Shown piece by piece: positions 30,801-39,966 of a stretch of DNA of 64,000 nucleotides (position 1 is its first letter; every line of letters begins with the position of its first letter). The DNA comes from an uncultured Methanosarcinales archaeon (GTDB lineage Archaea > Nanobdellota > Nanobdellia > Woesearchaeales > CAYSVS01): contig CAZPRK010000002.1 of assembly GCA_964589485.1 (NCBI GenBank), positions 49,825 to 113,824 on the forward strand, written 5' to 3'. The translations under genes and the position numbers were made by a program. The notes beneath the pieces are model-generated. The model had not been told where the DNA came from, did not search any database, and saw only the letters and a list, made by a program, of their open reading frames with translations.

Positions 30801-31090
30801 CGATTTTGAAAATTCCAAGTAAATTAAAACACATGGTTTTTGATAATGAGAGTTATAGTTTAAATGGAGTTCCTTTAACTACATTAGATTCTTCAGAAGG
30901 GGCAAAAATAGTAGGTATAAATTTATTAGATGTTGTTAGTCAAATGTATGATAAAAAAAGTTTAACTATGGCGAATAGTTTAATTTCAACATATGTTTCT
31001 GGAACTATGCATCGTGATTATCTTGATTGGTATGTTGGGCATATAGAAAATTCAGATAATTTGGAAGATATTTTGAAAAGATTGTTGTAG
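27863..31090 (+). CDS. Large hypothetical protein (1075 aa), soluble, no recognisable domain
   Basis: Long uninterrupted ORF beginning 52 nt after the tRNA. It has Gly/Ala-rich segments (SSGGLGSLGHYFIGRAIVGAEVGTVVGAANG) and no TM helices. Confidence 0.6.
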   Translation: MNSAGTLDRTLTDVISENYNSLIQTTKDKVNKVVKTYQGVKNNLSKTLSDGFKKIGYQTLGEQAQTALGYNSIDDVEDIKVEQKSFLENVCQSTISPITDFFQIGRVAGNKKVLVNNALSAIKKYSKESNRKVTGSEAADIIEQYTGSSEVAKEATKQIVSSEDFSYVDDSEIKSKNVTTYGPLSIYKAEGETKLAKVLDWTKKNLLTMGSETKTLTLPAIYSSGGLGSLGHYFIGRAIVGAEVGTVVGAANGLKDKVKEKCGTNKVTEFLDQNLTQLEMALYFAHIGDWELAGLSASGAVANTVEKKTKNDLLSKLAGCIAKGSEVVSYGVFGSRALDSVLAGKEIPSVVGNLFKFYTHVSSGDNVPAVSLETDILTKTNIDKNELTDAKVQQIKELYGMAEPVKRESVVPQELSEAEVMHIKQLYGLGENVNAKVSNHNEPNLQKGSNQDGNGNNDDPGFIEVDGDRDHELKLKEYVLDFNQAKTKEEFSQINISAFDYFEKNRKVMNDSIESSFIDFGKKVFLASKLDESSSKFSQALLLPENVNYSHLIQSYESNQKYLEDLLNSRDDLDEDIKQITDTYNIFKVLENVSSEKHQSFIESAQLINSSRNVLDNKGFDNFMFELFQAGVLGKDWFMKDSLTIKKLKYFDEMFTYFGEELTKLPELKEYSVFSETYEKLQQVHKIVTGTNVANLPVDQLSTPEYDLLNVKLDLERISNRSLTYLRRGIDSSHDFVRIVLLPNIANYELNNSDTLQENIELNIAKLYATEEIKSKVKSELGDLDMPISEIKTNRNISLDRVYKETQPITLEELINKRANKHLGNLSQGNFSFFSRVYYSLNKLNLGLDNAELDKLHYELSDFFNTVMDAPELSKVKPKISGTNGVIDTVEEYAESIKAIEDVTHEVHKHSKSFTNLAKDTIFSTNLGQLSLFGNLLGIPNTFELLKGLRTVRNFERNDYDPIKTVKSVLIDDPIRSAQAILKIPSKLKHMVFDNESYSLNGVPLTTLDSSEGAKIVGINLLDVVSQMYDKKSLTMANSLISTYVSGTMHRDYLDWYVGHIENSDNLEDILKRLL

Positions 31091-31173
31091 TTACTAAACA
31101 GTAATGTAAAAAGTTAGTTTTATAAGTAACTTATCTTTACTTGCAAAAATGATTCAATTCGGAGGGTTTCACA

Positions 31174-32154
31174 ATGGAAGAAATTAAAGATCAATTATAC
31201 ACTGATGCAAAAAATCAAGTTATACACTATTTAAAACAAATTCATACTACTAGTACTAATGATAAAAAAGGTAATAGAGCAGTTAAAAAATTAATGACAA
31301 ATGTTTATGAACCTATTATAAAAGCTATGATTCAAATTCCTGAGGTTTCTTCTGTTTTAGTTAATGGTGAAAATATAACAAGTACTCTTCAATTTACTCA
31401 AGCTGATGCTTTGGTTCAATTAGATGATGCTTTAAGATATTCTGGGGATGATGATTCAATATTTGCTTGTAAAGTTGAAACTGAAAAATACGCGAAAGTT
31501 TTAGATGTAGATCCTACGATAGATTCTATTATTGTTGGTGGATTTAATACAGGCAATTTAGATAATATGATTAGAAATTTTCAAGATATTGCACAAAGAA
31601 ATGAAAGTATCGATAATAATGATTTACCAACATATGAACCTTCTTTTGAACAAGAATCTCAAACTAAGGATCTTGTTGAAATTTCAAATGAGCCAAAACA
31701 TTACGATGTTCAAGAAATTGTTCAAGGTATGCAAGGTCAATTTGAAGTTGTTTTACATGATATGAAGGAACAACATACCATTGAATTAAATGATTATAAA
31801 AGAGCTAATAGAAAAAATTTAGTTGCTTTAGGAGTTTTAGGGATTATTGGTTTAAGTTATTTAGGCTATTCAAATGCAAAATTATCTGATGAAGTTAAAG
31901 ATTCAAATAACGAAACAAAGCAAAAAGTTACTGCTATGAAAGAAGAATCAGTTCAGACTCTAAGCTCAGTTTCTCAAACTGCAACAGATTTGGCAACTTC
32001 TTCTCAAGCAAGAATTGATAAAACTACAAGTACTGCACAACTAATTATGAGTGATTCGTATAAGTTACGTAAAAAGCTTAGAGAAACTATGCAGAAAAAT
32101 GATAATGATATGAATGATTTATTTGATTTAATGGGAACTCAAGCTGCTAGGTGA
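31174..32154 (+). CDS. Hypothetical protein (326 aa) with a single central TM helix and coiled-coil-like flanks
   Basis: RBS CGGAGGG 8 nt upstream. Hydrophobic segment LVALGVLGIIGLSYLGY near aa 213-230. No known domain. Confidence 0.55.
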   Translation: MEEIKDQLYTDAKNQVIHYLKQIHTTSTNDKKGNRAVKKLMTNVYEPIIKAMIQIPEVSSVLVNGENITSTLQFTQADALVQLDDALRYSGDDDSIFACKVETEKYAKVLDVDPTIDSIIVGGFNTGNLDNMIRNFQDIAQRNESIDNNDLPTYEPSFEQESQTKDLVEISNEPKHYDVQEIVQGMQGQFEVVLHDMKEQHTIELNDYKRANRKNLVALGVLGIIGLSYLGYSNAKLSDEVKDSNNETKQKVTAMKEESVQTLSSVSQTATDLATSSQARIDKTTSTAQLIMSDSYKLRKKLRETMQKNDNDMNDLFDLMGTQAAR

Positions 32155-32161
32155 TTTTATT

Positions 32162-34567
32162 GTGCAACCTCAAGTTAAAGTTCAATATGATTTGAAACCT
32201 ATTGGATCTACATCAAATAACAATTCAGTTACTGTTGCATTTGCAGGGAAAGGATCATCAGGTAAAACTTTTTTAACTTATTTGTTATTTGAAAGGTTAT
32301 CTGAAATAAAACCACAAGATATGTTATATTTATCCTTTGATGGTAAATGTGGTTATAGTGAATATAAACAAGTTATTTCTAAAAAAACTAGTTTTGATGC
32401 AATAGATGATTGTGTTAGTATTAATGGAAATGTTAATGGATTAAAATTACAAGGATATCTTGAAAAGGTTAGACTTGAAAATTCAACTTTACATACTTTG
32501 CTTGGAGGTAGTGGAAAAGATGAAGTCTATGAATGGGATGAAAATAAGTTACATAAATTAATTAATTTGTTTCAATATCTGAAACCAAATTATAGTGTTA
32601 GGATTTTTGATTTCGCAGGTGGATGGAACTATGCATCTAAAAGTATACCTTGTGCTATGGCTGATTCGGTCATATTAATGGCTTCAGAAAGTCAAGGCTT
32701 AACTGAAATTAAGCAAAGATTAGAATTCACAGTTGAGGAAGATTTTAGAAACAGTTTAAGACTTACTTTAAATCAAATGATTGAAGAAGAAACTATTGTT
32801 TCTAATGTAATAAAATATGCAAAAGTTTATGCAAAATTAATGTCAAATAAAAATTTAAAATTTGGTGATGATGATTTTATGGAAGAAGCTGAAAAAGAAT
32901 ATAAAGCTATTTTTAAAGAAGATTCTAGAAATTTAAGAAATTTTTTAGTACATTATTTTAATAATAGGGAAGTTGAATCTGTGACTTACATTAAGTTAAC
33001 AAATTTATCTCCTGAAGTAGTACCTGATTTAAGGAAAGCAGATATAATTGGGAATTATAGACGTATTGTTAAGCCTGAATATAATTTACATTACGATGAA
33101 ATTTTAAAATTTAGTCAATTAACTAAACAAAGTCCTGCTCAAATTATTTCACAATTGTCTGCATTAGCAAGTATTGGTGTTACGCCTGAACAAATTAACA
33201 ATGGACTGTTTAAGAAAACTTTAGATGATGTTTTAGATTCTGATTTGCTTCTAACTAAAAATAAAGTTATAGAAGTATTGATGAAAGAAATTGATGTAGG
33301 TATTGTTCAAGAAAACTTAACTTTAGAGGAGTTAGCAAGATCTTTTGCAAGGATTGGTATTTCTGAAGATTATTTATTAAATGAATTAAAACAAAAATTA
33401 AAACAAGATAAAGTGCGTGAGGTTAGTTCCGGGGAAATAATGGAAACTGAAGCAGAATTAAGCACTTTAGAAGATAATATAGATTCTTTAGTTAAACAGA
33501 GCTTAAATCAAGTTCAATTTGAAAGATTAGGAGAAACATTTGAAGATAGGTTTTTTTATTATCGTCAATTAAAATCTAAACCAAAATTTAAAGAGTTAAT
33601 TAAAGAGTATGTTGAATTAGATGAAGAGTTAAGAGATATGAAAAATCAAGGTTCTGGTTTTTTAAATTCTTTAAATTTAGTAACAAAGGATTCCGGTTTG
33701 CAGTATATAAACAGCTTGTTTAAACACACGAGAAATGCGTATAATGAAATACTTAGAAGTAAAACTAAAGTTAGCACAGGAAAAACAAATTTTTTTTTTA
33801 TTGCAAATAAAGTTATGCCTTCTAAAGAATTAAGTGATATTGGAACTTTATTGAATGATGAATATTCTGAAAAAAAAGATTCTCATCCGCAATTTTTTAG
33901 TGGAGATGAAAGTCGAGTTGAAAAAGGCGTGTTTGCATTAATTGCAGAAGTGTATTCTTCATTTAAATCATCCAAAAATGGAGTTCTTCAAGATTGGGTT
34001 AATGAAAGAAGTAAAATACGTCAGAAAAATAAAGGGCTTTTTGGTATTGATTCTAAAGTGGCACATAAAAGTACTGTTGAATTTTTTAAAAATGAATTAG
34101 AAAGATATTCTAGTTTTAGAGGATTAGACTCAAAGTTCGATGAACGTTTGGAAACATATGTATCAGCAATACAATCTGGTGAAATTAGTGAGGTTAGGAA
34201 AGACTTTTTTGAAGATTTCATAAGCATTTTAGAGTTTAATTATCTTCATGATTTATGGGAGAAAAAAATTCAAAAAATTTTGGAAAAACCTATCATAAAA
34301 CAATCCGGTTTAGATGTTGAATATTTAGGATGCATACCTTTTGATTATGATATGGAAGATGTGTTTACGCGAACTGATATATTGAAAACTAATGAATTAG
34401 TTCGAGATAAAATTGATTTTATTATTGATAAAACAATAGGTGCTGTTTCAAGAAAAAAAGCAACTATTGGAGAAATAGTAGTTGAAAAAGAAAGTGCATT
34501 TAGTTTAGGAAAATTGGGAGCTGGGTTTAGAAATTTTGGAAAAAGTTTAGGCTTTTTTTCGAAATAG
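32162..34567 (+). CDS. Hypothetical 801-aa protein with N-terminal MinD/ParA-type deviant Walker A ATPase domain and about 600-aa uncharacterised C-terminal region
   Basis: VAFAGKGSSGKTFLTYLL matches the KGGxxGKT deviant Walker A with the signature lysine. Walker B-like VRIFDFAGG is followed by ADSVILMASES. GTG start at 32162, with no in-frame ATG nearby. Confidence 0.55.
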   Translation: MQPQVKVQYDLKPIGSTSNNNSVTVAFAGKGSSGKTFLTYLLFERLSEIKPQDMLYLSFDGKCGYSEYKQVISKKTSFDAIDDCVSINGNVNGLKLQGYLEKVRLENSTLHTLLGGSGKDEVYEWDENKLHKLINLFQYLKPNYSVRIFDFAGGWNYASKSIPCAMADSVILMASESQGLTEIKQRLEFTVEEDFRNSLRLTLNQMIEEETIVSNVIKYAKVYAKLMSNKNLKFGDDDFMEEAEKEYKAIFKEDSRNLRNFLVHYFNNREVESVTYIKLTNLSPEVVPDLRKADIIGNYRRIVKPEYNLHYDEILKFSQLTKQSPAQIISQLSALASIGVTPEQINNGLFKKTLDDVLDSDLLLTKNKVIEVLMKEIDVGIVQENLTLEELARSFARIGISEDYLLNELKQKLKQDKVREVSSGEIMETEAELSTLEDNIDSLVKQSLNQVQFERLGETFEDRFFYYRQLKSKPKFKELIKEYVELDEELRDMKNQGSGFLNSLNLVTKDSGLQYINSLFKHTRNAYNEILRSKTKVSTGKTNFFFIANKVMPSKELSDIGTLLNDEYSEKKDSHPQFFSGDESRVEKGVFALIAEVYSSFKSSKNGVLQDWVNERSKIRQKNKGLFGIDSKVAHKSTVEFFKNELERYSSFRGLDSKFDERLETYVSAIQSGEISEVRKDFFEDFISILEFNYLHDLWEKKIQKILEKPIIKQSGLDVEYLGCIPFDYDMEDVFTRTDILKTNELVRDKIDFIIDKTIGAVSRKKATIGEIVVEKESAFSLGKLGAGFRNFGKSLGFFSK

Positions 34568-34678
34568 TTGTTACTCTTGAGGGATGGTGTTATGCGAAAG
34601 CTTTATATACGACTTGGTCTTAACACAACTATTTTAAAGTAGTTATGGGGTGTTTTAACTTTACGGAGGGTTAATCAA

Positions 34679-35491
34679 ATGAAATATTCAAATATTGCAA
34701 AAAATGTTATACTTGCTGCGGCTTTATATGCTCCTGTTAATGGTGCTGAATTACAAAAAGTTGGTCGTACTGCTATTTTAGGTTCTACAAATCATGGTGT
34801 TTATCAAGTTGAAAAAATGCCAGAAGCTATTCAAAGCAAATTAAAAGGTAAGACTATATTAAATAAATATACTAAAGATAAGGATGCTTTTATTCGAACA
34901 CAAGATAAAAGTGGTAACCAAGAATATTTTAAAGTTATTGATACTGTTTCTACTCCAAGTTCAACTGGAACTACAGTAGAAAGTAAAGTTGTTGGAGCTA
35001 ATGGTTCTAATAAAATTATGAACGAAAAGATAGTTTCAGCTTATGCTAGATCTGCTCAAACTTATTCTTCAATGGAAGAAGGCCCAAAAAAAGATTTATT
35101 GAAAACTAAATTAACTGGAGATTATAAAACTATTAGTGAAATCGTTGATGGTGGAGATCAGAAAAAGTTAGATGAAGCACATGCTACTTTAGATTCTAGA
35201 GTTCTTAACTCAAGTACTGAAGAAGAAAAACAAAATTTTTGGAAAAAACATTTTGGCTTCGATACTTGGCAAAAAGGAGCTAAGACTATTGTAGCTGGTG
35301 TTGTAGGTTATAAATTGTTAGACTCTTTATTTGGCGGAAGCGGTGGAAACAGCGGAAGTTCAAATGTAAAAACTCCTACTTTACCTTTACCTGGTGAACA
35401 ACCTGGTAACAAAGGTCAAGGTTTTGGTGGATTTACTGGTGGTTCAAAAGATCATAATGATTCAAATCAAGGACCAGCTCACGATTTGTAA
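34679..35491 (+). CDS. Secreted/surface protein with N-terminal signal-like helix and Gly-rich C-terminus
   Basis: N-terminal MKYSNIAKNVILAAALYAPVNGAE. C-terminal GGSGGNSGSS...GQGFGGFTGGSKDHND. RBS CGGAGGG upstream. Confidence 0.55.
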   Translation: MKYSNIAKNVILAAALYAPVNGAELQKVGRTAILGSTNHGVYQVEKMPEAIQSKLKGKTILNKYTKDKDAFIRTQDKSGNQEYFKVIDTVSTPSSTGTTVESKVVGANGSNKIMNEKIVSAYARSAQTYSSMEEGPKKDLLKTKLTGDYKTISEIVDGGDQKKLDEAHATLDSRVLNSSTEEEKQNFWKKHFGFDTWQKGAKTIVAGVVGYKLLDSLFGGSGGNSGSSNVKTPTLPLPGEQPGNKGQGFGGFTGGSKDHNDSNQGPAHDL

Positions 35492-35508
35492 GTAAGAGGT
35501 TTACAAAA

Positions 35509-38500
35509 ATGAAAAATCTAAAATCAATTACACTATTATTTTTTATTTTATTTTCATTAAGTGTATCAGCAAATCATCAACCTGAGTTTATTACTGGGTC
35601 AATTGACATTGATACAAATGAATTAATAAATGGAAATGTAGTTTTATTAAATTCTGAAACTGGAGAAATTGAGACTAGAGGTGGTTCAAGAAATCGTTTT
35701 TATGATGTTGATCTTGATACTTTGTATTATGTAGTTTATGGTGCGGATGATTATAACACGGATACTGATATTGTTTATTTTGATTCTAGAATTCCTTTTT
35801 GTACTGATGAGTCTTGTACTTTTCAAAGAGAACAAATTATAACTAAATGTGATATGAACTATGCACAAAATGCATTTGAATGTAGTGTAAGCGATGGAAC
35901 TGGAACTTCTTATTTTGTATATGATATTGAAGAAAATGATTATAAAAGAGTAAATTATTTGAAACATTTTGGAAAAAGTGACGAATTTTTAATTAATGTT
36001 AGGGCTGAGAATGAAGATGGTATGGTTGACCATATCGATAGTGCAATTATAAATGGAATTAAAACTTCAGGAAGAAATGCATATTTTATTGTATCATCTG
36101 ATACTAAGTATGATTTAACAATTGATCAATCTGGACATGAAAAATTTAGTCAAGAACTTTATTTTGATTCTGATATAACAGCTTGTGAAGGGAATTGTGA
36201 TCACGTAAGTAATGGTTATGAAACTACTTGTTGGAATGTTGCATCTGATAGAAAAAAATGTGAAGTTTCAAATGGATTAGTTTATTATCTTGATGGAAAT
36301 ATTGAAATAAATTTTGAATCAATTTTACAAAAAAAACAAACTCAAACTATTAATTTTAAAACTGGATCCTTAAGTGCAACAACTGACGAAATGTTACAAT
36401 CGGATATTGCGATTCTAGGAGAAAGAGAATCTAGTGTTAATACTTTTGACTTACCATTAAATGAAGTTGTTACAATAACTCATTTTGCAAACGGGTATCA
36501 AAATTATGTAGATTTTATTTATGTAGACTCTGGTATTTTATCTTGTAATGGGTCAACATGTGATGTTGAAAGTAATGGATTTACAACTACTGGTGTATTT
36601 AATAATAATGAAAATGCTTGGGAATTTACTGTAACTGATGTTAATAGTATTTCTAGATCATATGTTTATGATTTAGATGATAATGTTGTTAAAAGAGTTG
36701 TAAGAATGATTCCTGCTTTACGTTTTGAATATGATTTTATTACTGGAGTTCAAGATGTTGATACTGGTGAAATGATAGAGTTTCTTTCAGTATTAACGGA
36801 TAGTAAGAATAACATAGTTAGAGCTGAAGATGATGAAACTTCTGTTGCATATGATATAGAACTAGATACTTTATATTATATAACTTATTCTGCAGAAAAT
36901 TACGGATCAGAAACTGATGTTTTATACTTTGATTCAGGAGTTCCTACTTGTGTAAATGGAGATTGTGAATTTGAAAGTAACGGTGTATCAACTTCTTGTA
37001 GTAAAAATGATGCAGAAAATGCTTTAGAATGTAGCATAACTGATGGAACTGGTACTGATTATTATGTATATGATTTTGATGATAGTAATTTTAAAAGAAT
37101 AAACTATTTGAAAAAGAATAGTGCTGCTGATCAATTTAATTTATTGATTAATGGAAAAAATGAAGCAAATGGTGTTTTTTTTGATGATTTTACTGTTACT
37201 TTAGGGGGTATAACTAAATCAACTAATTTCGAACATGGTAATGAGGTTCATTTTATTATTTCACCTGATACTTTATATTCTGCAAAAATAAGTAAGAATG
37301 ATGGTTTTGGTGTATTTGAAGATTTAGCTATAAATTATTACCTTGACTCTAGGTTAACTACTTGTGGTAATGCTTGTGAATTGGAAGAAAATGAAGCAGG
37401 GTATAGTACTTCTTGTTCTGGAAGTACTTGTAGTGTATTTAAAGATGGTAGCGAAATAAGTAACTTTGTTTTCGATACTGGTATTAATGCTGCTTGGGAT
37501 ACTGTTTCGCTAAAACCAATTAAAGCAGATTATTACAGATTTAGAACAGGGGCATTAAATGAGTTTAATGACGAAATTGATGACATTACTGTTGAAATTA
37601 ATGGAGTTAGTAAGCAAAATGATAAACCTGAGTTAACAGTTCCTTCAAATGAAGCTTTTGGAATAAAATATACTCACAAAGATTATGAAGATTTGAATGA
37701 TTTTTTATATGTAGATGAAAAAATTATTACTTGTGGTGGGAATGATTGTACTTTAACTAGTGGGGAATTTACAACTACTGGAACATATAACAATAATGAA
37801 AGAGCTTGGGAATTTACAGTAAGTGATGATAATGGAATATCAAGATCTTTTGTTTATGATAATCAAGGAATAATTAAAAGAATTGTTAATATGGATGTAA
37901 AAGACGGAGCAGATATAATTAAGCCTACTTTTAGTAATCCTATGCCTGCGCAAGATTCTTTAGTTACTGAAGAACCTTTTTGGATAACTATAGATGTTAC
38001 TGATAATGTTGGTATAAATGAAGGTTCTGCAGATTTATGGTTAGATGGAAGATATTTTAATCCTATTTTTGAAAATGGACAAATTAAATATTTAGTTGAT
38101 AGTAATATTTTATTAAAAGGCGAGCATAGAGTTGAAGTTCGTATAGAAGATACTAATGATAATGATGCAAGTTTTGATTGGGAATTTAATTTAGATTTAA
38201 GACCGAATGTAGATTTTACAATAAGTCCTAATCCTGCTAATATAAATGAGTTTATCACATTCGATGCATCTTTATCAAATGATGATGGAACAATTGTTTC
38301 ATATGTTTGGGATTTTGGAAATGGGGTACAAGCTTCTGGAATAGAACCTGAGTATCTTTATTCAAATTCAGGAAATTATGATGTAACTTTAACTGTTACT
38401 GATGACGCAGGAACAAGTTCACAGTTAACGAAAACTGTTGTTGTATTAAGTACAAATCAAGCACCTGTTGCGGAAGCACAGGCTGATAAAACTATAGTTT

Positions 38501-39843
38501 TAGTGAATGAGAATATTCAGTTTGATGATGATTCCTTTGACCCTGATGGAAATATTGTAAGTTATTTCTGGGATTTTGGAGATGGAAGTACTTCAACTTT
38601 AGCTGGACCTTTATACAGTTATAGTCAACCTGGACAGTATACTGCAATTTTAACAGTAACTGATAATGATGGTGCAACTAATAATGATAGTATTACAATT
38701 ACTGTAAATGCTCAAGCAAATCAACCACCTATTGCTGTAGCAAAGGCGGATAAAACTACTGTAAGAGTTAATGAAAATATTCAATTTGATGCAACTGATT
38801 CAAGTGATCCTGAAGATGACTTTTTAGTTTATGCTTGGTTTTTTGGAGATAATAAATTAAGTTTTAGTAAGACGCCAATTCATTCATTTGATGATGAAGG
38901 AATTTATAACGTAACTTTAACTGTTACAGATACAAGTTTAAATGTAGCAAGACAAAATATTATAATTACTGTAGTTGAAGATGATTTTCCTATTGCAATT
39001 GCAAAAGCTGATAAGACTACTGTTAAAGTAGGAGAAGTTGTTAATTTTGATGCATCTGAATCTACAGATGATGGAACAATTGAATCTTATCTATGGAATT
39101 TTGGAGATAATACTTTTTCAGATAAAGAACAAGTAGGACATACTTTTACAAGTCCGGGTGGATATATAGTATCTCTTACTGTTACTGATGAAAGTGGTCA
39201 ATCTAGTACAAGTAAAATAGGCATAACTGTAACTGAATCTGAAGTAAGTCCAACTGCTAATGCAAAAGGACCTTATAGTGGATTTGTAAATGAAATAATT
39301 AACTTCGATGGAAGTTCTTCATTAGGTGATATTGTAAAATATCAGTGGACTTTTGGAGATGGTTCTGTGGCTGAAGGATCTCAAGTATCTCATACTTATG
39401 GGAACGTGGGAAGATTTGTAGTTACTTTAACAGTTACTGATCAAAATGGGTTAACGCATACTTCTCAAACAGAAGCAAATGTAGATGCTCGAATTATAGC
39501 GCAACCTCAACCTAGTAAGGAAAAGAGAGAATTAAAAATCTCAAGAATTTCATCTTTAGGTGGAGGAATTGCATATGCTGGAGATGTTACATCTTTCAAA
39601 GTTAAGCTAGAAAATACTGGTGACTTGGATTTAGAAAATGTTAGAATTAAAGCATTTATTCCTGAGTTATTTGTATATGACAGTACTGGAACTTTCGATT
39701 TAGATGATGGAGATAGTGAAACTAAACAGTTACTATTGAATGTTCCTGGTGATGCACAATCAGATAGTTACTTGGTTAAGTTTAGTATTAGCCAAGGAGG
39801 AGAAAATATTAGGACTAAATATAGGTATATTTTCATAGAATGA
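35509..39843 (+). CDS. Giant secreted adhesin-like protein (1444 aa) with duplicated N-terminal modules, about six PKD domains and a CARDB-like C-terminal domain
   Basis: Signal peptide MKNLKSITLLFFILFSLSVSA. A tandem about 400-aa super-repeat (DTLYYVVYGADDYNTDTDIVYFDS... and DTLYYITYSAENYGSETDVLYFDS...). Repeated PKD units (FDASLSNDDGTIVSYVWDFGNGV...YDVTLTVTDDAGTSS, five or more copies). Confidence 0.8.
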   Translation: MKNLKSITLLFFILFSLSVSANHQPEFITGSIDIDTNELINGNVVLLNSETGEIETRGGSRNRFYDVDLDTLYYVVYGADDYNTDTDIVYFDSRIPFCTDESCTFQREQIITKCDMNYAQNAFECSVSDGTGTSYFVYDIEENDYKRVNYLKHFGKSDEFLINVRAENEDGMVDHIDSAIINGIKTSGRNAYFIVSSDTKYDLTIDQSGHEKFSQELYFDSDITACEGNCDHVSNGYETTCWNVASDRKKCEVSNGLVYYLDGNIEINFESILQKKQTQTINFKTGSLSATTDEMLQSDIAILGERESSVNTFDLPLNEVVTITHFANGYQNYVDFIYVDSGILSCNGSTCDVESNGFTTTGVFNNNENAWEFTVTDVNSISRSYVYDLDDNVVKRVVRMIPALRFEYDFITGVQDVDTGEMIEFLSVLTDSKNNIVRAEDDETSVAYDIELDTLYYITYSAENYGSETDVLYFDSGVPTCVNGDCEFESNGVSTSCSKNDAENALECSITDGTGTDYYVYDFDDSNFKRINYLKKNSAADQFNLLINGKNEANGVFFDDFTVTLGGITKSTNFEHGNEVHFIISPDTLYSAKISKNDGFGVFEDLAINYYLDSRLTTCGNACELEENEAGYSTSCSGSTCSVFKDGSEISNFVFDTGINAAWDTVSLKPIKADYYRFRTGALNEFNDEIDDITVEINGVSKQNDKPELTVPSNEAFGIKYTHKDYEDLNDFLYVDEKIITCGGNDCTLTSGEFTTTGTYNNNERAWEFTVSDDNGISRSFVYDNQGIIKRIVNMDVKDGADIIKPTFSNPMPAQDSLVTEEPFWITIDVTDNVGINEGSADLWLDGRYFNPIFENGQIKYLVDSNILLKGEHRVEVRIEDTNDNDASFDWEFNLDLRPNVDFTISPNPANINEFITFDASLSNDDGTIVSYVWDFGNGVQASGIEPEYLYSNSGNYDVTLTVTDDAGTSSQLTKTVVVLSTNQAPVAEAQADKTIVLVNENIQFDDDSFDPDGNIVSYFWDFGDGSTSTLAGPLYSYSQPGQYTAILTVTDNDGATNNDSITITVNAQANQPPIAVAKADKTTVRVNENIQFDATDSSDPEDDFLVYAWFFGDNKLSFSKTPIHSFDDEGIYNVTLTVTDTSLNVARQNIIITVVEDDFPIAIAKADKTTVKVGEVVNFDASESTDDGTIESYLWNFGDNTFSDKEQVGHTFTSPGGYIVSLTVTDESGQSSTSKIGITVTESEVSPTANAKGPYSGFVNEIINFDGSSSLGDIVKYQWTFGDGSVAEGSQVSHTYGNVGRFVVTLTVTDQNGLTHTSQTEANVDARIIAQPQPSKEKRELKISRISSLGGGIAYAGDVTSFKVKLENTGDLDLENVRIKAFIPELFVYDSTGTFDLDDGDSETKQLLLNVPGDAQSDSYLVKFSISQGGENIRTKYRYIFIE

Positions 39844-39966
39844 TTTACTTATTTTTAGTTAAATTGTGTAACTACTCTTGTATGTTGAAATGCAGAAACA
39901 TTTAAATACTACAGGGTATTACGCGACATTAAACGATCAAAAAAACCAAATTTGGAGGGAAAACAA

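Noticed and set aside
27811-34678. Integrated element inserted at the 3' end of tRNA-Trp
   Set aside because: I could not find a direct repeat of the tRNA 3' end (GGGTTCAAATCCC...) downstream, and no integrase gene is present. tRNA adjacency alone is not evidence.
34568-34678. Relatively GC-rich 111-nt intergenic stretch as a candidate small RNA or riboswitch
   Set aside because: It contains a TATA-like box (TTTATATA) and the RBS for the downstream gene. There is no convincing stable conserved-looking structure, so it is better explained as the promoter/5'UTR.
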